Shown in pieces: positions 10,101-17,163 of a stretch of 64,000 bases of DNA. Origin of the DNA: Bacteroidota bacterium (GTDB taxonomy: Bacteria; Bacteroidota; Bacteroidia; AKYH767-A; 2013-40CM-41-45); assembly GCA_031385005.1 (NCBI GenBank), contig JANNBB010000051.1, positions 87,405 through 151,404 of the forward strand, in the 5' to 3' direction. The notes beneath the pieces were generated by a model. It was not told where the DNA came from. It worked only from the letters and a program-made list of their open reading frames with translations, and searched no databases. Position 1 is the first letter of the stretch; each line of letters starts with the position of its first letter. The translations under genes were made by a program, and so were the position numbers.

Positions 10101-11165
10101 CAAAAGCGGTGTTGGAGTTTCGAGATAGCACCAGTTAGAATATCCGTCAGGAACACGGGCATAAGAGTTATCTGCTTCGAGAGCCGGATATGTCACCTGA
10201 TCGTATAGGCCACCGGAAGGATTAATAAAATAAATTGTTTCTCCGGTACGCGCTAATTTGAATTTTGCATTGTAATACTCATTCGGAGGAGCGACGAACC
10301 AGACCGGAGGCGGCGGAAAAACCGAATTACTGTTTTGCATTCCCAGGAAAAGAAAAGGAATAGAAGACATGTCGGTAGGTACGGGAACTCTGTCATGTGT
10401 TTCAACAGCAAAGACATTTATGCCCTCTTTAATAATCGACTTAAAAAATTCTCTGTCGATTACGAGTGAGTCCGGACGATTGCCGGCAAACAACTGCGCT
10501 TCATGCGGTTGAGGAGCAAGTTCATCCCATACCGGTCGGCCTGTTGATGTAGTCATATTTGCCCGGGAAATTTCTACGCCATTCAAGTAAGCGACATAAC
10601 CGTCGTCGTAATCGATCATGAAGATGGCTTTCAGTATAGCGGAGGTGTCTGCGACAAAAAAAGACTGACGCATCATCACGGAAATATTCGGAGGTATTAC
10701 GGTTCCATCATCATCATCGCTAAATCCGATTCCACCGTTACCGGTATTCCATGATGCATCGTTGAATCCCGGATTCCTCCAATTGGTGTCCAGAGAAGAT
10801 GAGCCGAGTATATACTTCCAGCTACCTGTGCCATTGACCGCCATTTCATAATGATCGATTGCGAAAACATTGGTATCAGATGCAAAAACAATCATTTTTT
10901 CACCTGCCGGCAGTATATGTGAAGGGAATTTAAATAGAAATGGACGAGAAAGATCATCTGTTAAACCATAACCACTCAGATCGGCGTCCATGGTTCCTGC
11001 ATTATATAACTCAATCCAGTCATCGTATTTTCCGTTTGAATTTTGTAAAAAAGAAATATTAGATGGGGCAATTTCATTGATTTCTACTTGTCCTTTTGCC
11101 CAATTACTGGCAACTAGATTTAATACAAATCCAATAAGAAATATCTTGAGTAAAAATGATTTCAT
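7170..11165 (-). CDS. CotH kinase-family protein with two lamin-tail domains (LTD), Ig-like domain and T9SS C-terminal domain (1331 aa)
   Basis: LTD signatures at the N-terminus (VEINEIAPSN...DDWIELYNAG) and again at ~aa 905 (LAVSEFNYNSAPEFDVNDWIEFHNYG). Central CotH-like region (...LRNAGTDW...GYLNGDFWGVYILNEKY...IKYLLIDTDFGFG). C-terminal 'LLVYPNPSSTKNLSIQ...YILTVTQGDKKLITKYVRL' T9SS CTD. Confidence 0.75.
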   Translation of the reverse strand: MKSFLLKIFLIGFVLNLVASNWAKGQVEINEIAPSNISFLQNSNGKYDDWIELYNAGTMDADLSGYGLTDDLSRPFLFKFPSHILPAGEKMIVFASDTNVFAIDHYEMAVNGTGSWKYILGSSSLDTNWRNPGFNDASWNTGNGGIGFSDDDDGTVIPPNISVMMRQSFFVADTSAILKAIFMIDYDDGYVAYLNGVEISRANMTTSTGRPVWDELAPQPHEAQLFAGNRPDSLVIDREFFKSIIKEGINVFAVETHDRVPVPTDMSSIPFLFLGMQNSNSVFPPPPVWFVAPPNEYYNAKFKLARTGETIYFINPSGGLYDQVTYPALEADNSYARVPDGYSNWCYLETPTPLLPNNSSTCNTGYATIPVFSKSAGYYSNTLSLGLSTNFPGGVIRYTTNGDIPDSTSFLYSGLISLDSTVTIRARVFALGTLPSPVITNTYFINETNHLPVFCITTDSLNLWDYNTGIYSWGPNADSIFPYYNANFWQPWSKPASIEYFDKLGSRVINFNADIEIYGNYSRYRPQKSFEIKLSDKHGLSEVNYPFLPDKPYLTTFENILLRNAGTDWNFVHFRDALMQRIMKNTYSGYVAAEPVVGYLNGDFWGVYILNEKYNKKWVELNYGLKKGEFDFCEEIGDDIFALEGTSEDFFDLYNFATTESPLSTDFYDQLKDKLDLQNFADYFIANTYYNNGDWLGDWTNNIRIWNAEKHDTRIKYLLIDTDFGFGLRGNLHDNRLSEAINPVAFSHTSNIFDATLKNPVFKRHFINRYADLINTIYLPSNVNAVMKQFRDSMKFDMPKHFDKWGSDTGGWNTRINDMMSWVSQRPAIMRDYIRNEFNLDGQVTLTVNTFPAGSGRIEISTVVPESYPWTGVYFNGNPVTITAIANPGYTFNHWHSDVVISANDTNLRTTYNFTSNDAITAYFTGSPAPIKLAVSEFNYNSAPEFDVNDWIEFHNYGTFTIDISGWKLSDEEDRHQFVFPSGSVIIPGGYLVVPEDSIKFKTFFPDVANRTGQMDFSLNNSGDQIRLFDYLGNQYLSFYFSDQNPWPLQADGLGYTCELLSTSGNLGDGANWFAGCYGGSPGKAYSTTLSAPVTINGNRQYCIGDSTELSLLDLPVYSYQWLLNDNVLVGDTMNSIVTLTPGIYTVLVDAQGCSASSPPATIEEVNYSAEPSVTDGARCRQGSVLLFASSSEQLSWYDAPQGNLLGVGDSLVTPMLSETTTFFVRAGQLCKSETVKVTAHINKDACGDSLLVYPNPSSTKNLSIQSYYLDPGTATILLNDMSGKTVLSQTIIIQQTGRSRELELDNINSGVYILTVTQGDKKLITKYVRL

Positions 11166-11517
11166 TAAAAACCTTTAAAATTTTCGCGAATTAAACCCTT
11201 AACAGGCTGTACACCGCGAATATAGGGCTTTTCAGAGGGTTTTGAAAAAATACTTTTTTATACTTTATTAACCGGCTATTCTGTTTGGTAAACAGTTAAA
11301 AAAGATTGGGGAAAATGAAAAAATATCCTGTATGGAATTTTTTATGACTAGAATAAAAAAATTAAAATCTGACTAGTTTCTGGGATTATGACCGAAATAA
11401 TGACTTCCCTATAATACCAAGGAAAAGTTCAGAGACCTCCGGATAAAAAAACAGTGCTTTCGAAGAATCTAGCTATTAAAAAGATTTAAAAACGGACTAT
11501 TCGCCTGTTTAGTGAAT

Positions 11518-11682
11518 TCAGATTGCCGATTTCAGATGAATTAATAAGTCGGAATATTTTAAATTATAATAGCGCCTTTTTAATTCCGCTAACTTTTCTT
11601 CCAGCAGTAGAATTCTTCGGGTTTGATTAATTATTAATTCGTTTTTATCTGTTAATGTTTCTAGTAATTTCCGGTTATCCAT
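11518..11682 (-). CDS. small ORF (54 aa), predicted coiled-coil, unannotated in the ORF track
   Basis: My own translation of the minus strand in the ~700-bp AT-rich intergenic region: MDNRKLLETLTDKNELIINQTRRILLLEEKLAELKRRYYNLKYSDLLIHLKSAI. Heptad-like Leu spacing. No homology claim possible. Confidence 0.25.
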   Translation of the reverse strand: MDNRKLLETLTDKNELIINQTRRILLLEEKLAELKRRYYNLKYSDLLIHLKSAI

Positions 11683-11860
11683 GATAGTAGTTTTAATTCT
11701 ATGATCGTTTTTAATTCTACTGTAAAGATGATCGCTAATTCCATTTCTTTCATTACAAAACTTTAGAAATAAATTACATAACTCACATACTTTTTTAAGA
11801 GTTGAGAAAGTATTAAATGAAACTTAATTGTTTATTACTGTTGCCTGAGCGAAAGAAATA

Positions 11861-14644
11861 TTAATGATTTACATAGATTGGAATCAACTTCATTCCTTCG
11901 AAATGTTTATTTACCAACTTTAAAAAATACACACCACTGCTGATGTTATTGGAAGGAAGAATAAATTCATTGTTTTCAAATGATGACTCATAGACCAACT
12001 TACCGGTAGATGAATACAAAACAACACCGGTAGTTTCACCGGCAGGGTAATTCAGTCTGATCGTGGTAAATGTTGTAAATGGGTTCGGGAACACTGTATA
12101 ATCTAAAGATTTAGATGGCGTATTTATACCACTGCCAGGATCCAGTACTGTATAAGAATCACAAACGCTGCAATTATTGTCATCGGTAACGCAAGCACTG
12201 TAATTTCCTGTTGAAAGGTTCGTTAGAATATGAGAAGTATTTCCATTGTTCCATAAGTATTGATATGAACCCGTTCCCCCTGATACAAATATTTCAATAA
12301 AACCATCGGAACAACCAATACATCCCGTGTTGGTAACAGTTGCATTTAGTTGAAGCGGCAAAGGATCGGTGAGTGTTACGACAGAATTACTCGTACATCC
12401 ATTCGTATTAGTTGCAGTAACGTTATACGTTCCCTGACACAATCCGGTTATTGAAGAGGTAGATTGGGATGTTCCGGTTGACCAGCTATAAGTAAATGGT
12501 CCGGGACCTGTCGCTGTTGCAATTGCAGTTCCATCGCAAATACCTGAACAACTGATTGCAGTAGTCGTTGCTGAAAGCTGCACGGGAGCCGGGTTTGATA
12601 ATGTAACCTGATGCATGGCCGTACATCCATTGGCATCGGTAGAAATTACAGAATATAAACCTGCACAAAGTCCGGTAGCTGTAGTTCCGGATTGAGGTGG
12701 ATTGGTATTCCAGCTATAAGAAAATGGTGAATTTCCGCTTGCCGCTGCTATTGCAGAACCATCGCATGAACCTGAACAACCTATTGCAGTAGTAGTTGCT
12801 GAAAGTTGAGTCGATGAAGGATCCGTTAATGTAACCTGCGCTGTCGTTGTACATCCGGATGCATCTGTTGTAATAATCGCATATGTTCCCTGGCACAATC
12901 CGGATGCAATTGATCCTGATTGCGGAGGATTGGTTGTCCAATTATATGTAAATGGTGAATTCCCGGTAGCAGTTGCTGTTGCTTGTCCGTTACATGCACC
13001 GGCACAGGTTGCGTTTGTGAAAGTCGTTGCCAGTTGATTGGCAGGTGGATCCGTTAAAGTCACAAAAGCCGTCGAAGAGCAGCCATTGGCATCCGATACT
13101 GTAACCGAATAAGAACCTTGACATAATCCGGAGGCTGTTGCTGTATGTTGTGGTGGATTTGTTGACCACGAATAATAAAAAGGACTTTGTCCGGTTGAGG
13201 ATGCAATGGCAATTCCATTGCATAATCCGCTGCATGAATTGAGAGTAGAAACGGATGCCTGCGTCGAACAATAATTACCCGAAACGATTTTTGCAACGAA
13301 AATATCCAATAGTGTATCACCAAATAAATTTATTGTATCGAAATGTGTGGAATCCACAAATTCACCACAAATGACAGTGCTTCCTGAATTATCTGAACCC
13401 ACTCCCCTTCCTCGATCGTTTTCAAGTCCTCCTGCAGACCGCACCCAATTGAGTATTGAACCTGTTGAATTGTATGAAGCGACAAAGATATCTGAGTATC
13501 CGTTGGAAGTTACTGTATCCGGAGTAAATATTCCGACATCAGCGAAATCTCCGACTACAAAAATGTTTCCTGATGCATCATGTGTTACTCCTCTGCCAAT
13601 ATCATCTTCGACACCGCCACCGGAGGTAACCCACAAATTGTTTCCATTACTATCATAAGAAGCAACAAACATATCCATGTTACCACGGGAATAAGCCATG
13701 TTACTTCCGAAATGTCCGGTTTGAAATTCGCCGGTAATAATTATTTCTCCATTGATATTTTGAGTAATGTCCCAGCCCCTGTCGAAACCGGTATCGCCGG
13801 CTTGTTTAGCCCATTGCAGCAATCCGGAGGTATCATATTTAGCAAGAAAAATATCGGTATGCCCGGCACCCGTCAGACTAACGGTTGGGGAAAAATCAGC
13901 AACACCAACAAAATAACCGGTGACATAAATATAACCGTTATTATCGCTGACGATACCATAAGCCTTATCACTATTTGTCCCTCCCATTCGTCGTGCCCAT
14001 CCGAAATTTCCATTCGCATCAAATTTTACTACGGTTCCGTCGTAATCTCCGGCAGTAGTAAATAATAGTGTATTATCGTAATAAGTATCTCCTTTGGTTC
14101 CCCCACAAGCATACACATTTCCCTGCGCGTCACAAGTTACTCCATAGCCGCGAGTATGTAATTGTCCGCCTACACCCAAATTTCTTACCCAATAAACAGA
14201 ACCGGAAGTATCGTATTTGGCAACGAACATATTGTTGACGCCCAGATTACCATGAGTGACTTTCATTATTGTATCCCAGTAGCAAGTATCTTCAAATTCT
14301 CCGGCAACATAAATAAATCCATTACCATCGAGAACCAATGATTGAATTTTATCGCCACCTTTTCCTCCGGCCCGGCGTGCCCATGCTAGGCTGCCATTCG
14401 AATTGTATTTAGCAAGAAAAATATCATGAATTCCAGCTGAATGAAGTATGACTCCATTTCCGAAATCCGTATCGAATTCAATCATGCCGGCAACATAAGT
14501 GTTTCCGTATAGGTCTGTCGCCAGATCATAGCCCTCGTCGAAGCCTTCGCTTTTAATGGATTTTGCCCATTGAAAAACCTGAGCACTGTTGCTTATTGTA
14601 GAGAACAACAATAAGAAAAAAATTACCTGAAATATTTTCGCCAT
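11861..14644 (-). CDS. SBBP beta-propeller repeat plus 5x SprB-type Ig-like repeats, T9SS-secreted adhesin-like protein
   Basis: The ORF track starts at 14677, but the signal peptide begins at the internal Met (MAKIFQVIFFLLLFSTISNSAQ, ATG at 14644). The N-terminal half has YxxGxT/SxDF beta-propeller (SBBP-like) repeats. Then come five ~75-aa repeats (C.G.CNG.A.A...G.SPF.Y.W.TNPPQ....GLC.G.Y.V...D.NGC) typical of SprB repeats. C-terminal 'YTVFPNPFTTFTTIRL...' T9SS CTD. Confidence 0.7.
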   Translation of the reverse strand: MAKIFQVIFFLLLFSTISNSAQVFQWAKSIKSEGFDEGYDLATDLYGNTYVAGMIEFDTDFGNGVILHSAGIHDIFLAKYNSNGSLAWARRAGGKGGDKIQSLVLDGNGFIYVAGEFEDTCYWDTIMKVTHGNLGVNNMFVAKYDTSGSVYWVRNLGVGGQLHTRGYGVTCDAQGNVYACGGTKGDTYYDNTLLFTTAGDYDGTVVKFDANGNFGWARRMGGTNSDKAYGIVSDNNGYIYVTGYFVGVADFSPTVSLTGAGHTDIFLAKYDTSGLLQWAKQAGDTGFDRGWDITQNINGEIIITGEFQTGHFGSNMAYSRGNMDMFVASYDSNGNNLWVTSGGGVEDDIGRGVTHDASGNIFVVGDFADVGIFTPDTVTSNGYSDIFVASYNSTGSILNWVRSAGGLENDRGRGVGSDNSGSTVICGEFVDSTHFDTINLFGDTLLDIFVAKIVSGNYCSTQASVSTLNSCSGLCNGIAIASSTGQSPFYYSWSTNPPQHTATASGLCQGSYSVTVSDANGCSSTAFVTLTDPPANQLATTFTNATCAGACNGQATATATGNSPFTYNWTTNPPQSGSIASGLCQGTYAIITTDASGCTTTAQVTLTDPSSTQLSATTTAIGCSGSCDGSAIAAASGNSPFSYSWNTNPPQSGTTATGLCAGLYSVISTDANGCTAMHQVTLSNPAPVQLSATTTAISCSGICDGTAIATATGPGPFTYSWSTGTSQSTSSITGLCQGTYNVTATNTNGCTSNSVVTLTDPLPLQLNATVTNTGCIGCSDGFIEIFVSGGTGSYQYLWNNGNTSHILTNLSTGNYSACVTDDNNCSVCDSYTVLDPGSGINTPSKSLDYTVFPNPFTTFTTIRLNYPAGETTGVVLYSSTGKLVYESSFENNEFILPSNNISSGVYFLKLVNKHFEGMKLIPIYVNH
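12100..13280 (-). repeat. intragenic tandem array of five ~225-bp coding repeats (SprB-like Ig units)
   Basis: The periodicity is visible in the translation and in the repetitive antisense ORFs of the track (12448..13323). The units are diverged, at roughly 50-60% amino-acid identity. Confidence 0.6.
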
Positions 14645-15037
14645 ATTTCTTTTTTGCCGGTATACCAAAGATATCATTTTGTAGAAGTGCTTTTATTAAA
14701 TTAGTAAAAGAGTTAGTCATTTTCATTTAACCTCCCAAGAATTCCTGTTTTAGGTCTGATTTGACTGAAGCGTCAAATAACTGTTGAATTTCCATTATTT
14801 AAAATGGGACTTTATTTTACGATCTTTTTTGTAAAGTCACTTTTCTAAACCTATGGAATAATAATTTTTTAATTAACTGATAATGCATGCTTGCGGAAAT
14901 CTTTTCTTCCAAACTTTTAAAGCAGATATATCATTGATTACAATCATTGTTCGATGATCAAGCTTTACCTTAATCTTTTTCAACGAATTGATTTGTTGAG
15001 TAAGAACCTTTTTTCCTTTTTTCATAGATGTAATTCA

Positions 15038-15093
15038 TAAAAACGAGTACTATATTTTTTTGAGAAGTGACCCGGAAAATATAATACTCGTAA
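15038..15093 (-). terminator. possible rho-independent terminator downstream of the 15106..15351 gene
   Basis: Inverted repeat acgagtactatat (15043-15055) / atataatactcgt (15079-15091), 13 bp with 1 mismatch. On the minus strand it is followed by a T-run (complement of aaaaa 15038-15042). The large loop weakens the call. Confidence 0.3.
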
Positions 15094-15105
15094 GTTTTTA
15101 AATAA

Positions 15106-15351
15106 TTAAATAGTGCCTTTTACAGCTTTATCAGAACTAACCGGAATAGAAGTTTCATGTACATGCTTTGAATCTTCGCGTTCTTTCTCTGTTTCTGTAG
15201 TCATCGGCTTTCCCTTTTCTTGTTCAGTCGCGGCTGTTTTATCAGTAGTTACTTCTTTTTTTGTTTGCGGATTTTGACTGTTGTCATTTCCCATGTTTTG
15301 GTTACCAACTGGAGTTCCTGGAACTGTTTGGTCTTTTTGGTTTTCTGTCAT
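15106..15351 (-). CDS. small hydrophilic, low-complexity protein (hypothetical; stress-protein-like composition)
   Basis: 81 aa, rich in K/E/T/Q with no hydrophobic core (…KKEVTTDKTAATEQEKGKPMTTETEKEREDSK…). Probably intrinsically disordered. Confidence 0.35.
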   Translation of the reverse strand: MTENQKDQTVPGTPVGNQNMGNDNSQNPQTKKEVTTDKTAATEQEKGKPMTTETEKEREDSKHVHETSIPVSSDKAVKGTI

Positions 15352-15500
15352 TTTAAAAATTATTAAACTGGTTAACTAATTAACTATACAAATGTAGGTA
15401 CTGATCATTTTCTAAATGTTACATATTTATTAAATTACATTATATCATTCTTCTAAATATAGGCACATAAATGGGCTTTAAACCTGGGGCTACCTTTGAA

Positions 15501-15986
15501 TTACCGTTGGATTTTCCATTCTTTAAATGGCAACTTAAATCCTGCCTTATAATATTGCATAATGGTAAAAGAGATTATTAATCCCGAACAGACGCCTTCG
15601 ATTAAAGTTGCTCCTGCAGCCCTGGTTGGAGTTATTTCCTCTCCAAGAAACAGTACATTGTCTTGTAACGTCAGAATTAGATTGGGATCGGCAGAAGTGA
15701 AATAAATCCAAATGAAGAAAGAAAAAGAAGCGACACTGATTGATGTAGTCGTCATTCCCAGAAGCATTCCTTCCAAATAAGGGACGTTCAACTCGGTTTT
15801 ACTACGATAATCTTTTAGTGCCAACAGAATACCAATGAATAAGAGGAAAAAATTCATTCCCCATGCAATTCCGCTTGCGGTTAAATTGAATGTACGCATG
15901 ATCATGAAATAAATAATCAGAGCAATACATGTAATTAATCCGTAGAGAAGTCCGATTCTTCCGATTGACACGTTTAAATTTTTCAT
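15501..15986 (-). CDS. small integral membrane protein (DUF4199-like)
   Basis: 161 aa with 4 predicted TM helices. The architecture is typical of Bacteroidota DUF4199 proteins. Confidence 0.4.
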   Translation of the reverse strand: MKNLNVSIGRIGLLYGLITCIALIIYFMIMRTFNLTASGIAWGMNFFLLFIGILLALKDYRSKTELNVPYLEGMLLGMTTTSISVASFSFFIWIYFTSADPNLILTLQDNVLFLGEEITPTRAAGATLIEGVCSGLIISFTIMQYYKAGFKLPFKEWKIQR

Positions 15987-16065
15987 CGTATTTCTATTCT
16001 TAAATTATTTTTTCATTTAAAAAAAAACGCGTAAATGAAATTCCATTTACGCGCTTTTCATTCAT

Positions 16066-16905
16066 CTATTTAACAACTACATTTGTTTTTAGTCCCCATA
16101 CCTCTACCATTGCCATTTCTTTGGTTTGATTTGGGAGAGTTTTATATTCAAAAACGATTTTCTTCAAGTCTCTTTCTCCACCATTCAGGTCAATTGCCTT
16201 ACTTTCACTTCCGGCAATAATCGGAGAATTAACTTTGATGGTTTGTTTATCACCTGATTCATAAAACACATCAAGGCTAATTAATTGAATTGAAGCTTCC
16301 GAAACTTTAAATTTAATAGATGAAAATCGATCAGCGCCAATTACTACAAATTCATCGTGATCTTTTACAAAATTTACTGACCGCTCACCTATTTTATGCC
16401 ATCCTTTTTTATCGCTCATAACTAAACTTGATTCCGCAACGTCGGAAGTAGTTCCTTTTTTGGAAGCCATTTGATTCTCATCTGTATTTGTTTTTAAACC
16501 CCAGATGGTAACTTGAGCTTTTTCATCTTTAACATTTGGAAGTGTTTTATAAACGAATACAATTTTTTTCAAATTGCGTTCTCCACCGTTTAGATCAATT
16601 ACACGACTAGTTCCATTTGCTTTAATAGGTGTTCGAACAATGATGTCTTGTTTATCGCCACTTTCATAATACACTTCAAGATCCATTAGATCAATCGGAG
16701 CATCTTGTACTCTAAACTGAATTGCTGCAAAACGATCTGCACCAATAACACTAATTTCGTCACGATCTCTTTTAAAATCGACAGTAACAGTGCCAATCTC
16801 ATGCCACCCTGTTTTATCACTCACCATTACGGCCGGTGTTTGCGCTTTTGTCATTCCAATACTTGCCATTGCTGCAAGTAGAATAATTTTAGTTGTTTTT
16901 TTCAT
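16066..16905 (-). CDS. secreted protein made of two tandem ~110-aa homologous domains (unknown function)
   Basis: The signal peptide MKKTTKIILLAAMASIGMTKAQT starts at the internal ATG at 16905. Repeat 1 (DKTGWHEIGTVTVDFKRDRDEISVIGADRFAAIQF...VTIWGLKTN) and repeat 2 (DKKGWHKIGERSVNFVKDHDEFVVIGADRFSSIKF...VEVWGLKTN) share roughly 55% identity. Confidence 0.5.
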   Translation of the reverse strand: MKKTTKIILLAAMASIGMTKAQTPAVMVSDKTGWHEIGTVTVDFKRDRDEISVIGADRFAAIQFRVQDAPIDLMDLEVYYESGDKQDIIVRTPIKANGTSRVIDLNGGERNLKKIVFVYKTLPNVKDEKAQVTIWGLKTNTDENQMASKKGTTSDVAESSLVMSDKKGWHKIGERSVNFVKDHDEFVVIGADRFSSIKFKVSEASIQLISLDVFYESGDKQTIKVNSPIIAGSESKAIDLNGGERDLKKIVFEYKTLPNQTKEMAMVEVWGLKTNVVVK

Positions 16906-17163
16906 TTTAATAATTGTTAAACTGTGATTGTTATAATTTAATTTATACATACAAATATCGATCTACTTGCCTATTTAATAGTTACACAATTACTTTTTAA
17001 AATTGTATTATTCATAGATTAATTTATTTTTTGGCTATCCTTTAATTTAATATACTAAGCAGTTATCAAAACAAAGACTTACACGCCTTCCAATAGGCAA
17101 AATTTTATTTTATCGAAAAGAAAATTTATTAATTTGTTTAATTAACTGCGATAAAAAACGAAA

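Noticed and set aside
12448-14065. Ladder of antisense/alternate-frame ORFs (12448..12636 through 13580..14065) inside the SprB-repeat gene; also considered whether the periodic DNA could be a CRISPR array
   Set aside because: The periodicity is ~225 bp and degenerate, and the coding frame is uninterrupted on the minus strand. There are no short exact direct repeats with unique spacers, so this is not CRISPR. The mirror ORFs are artefacts of the tandem protein repeats.
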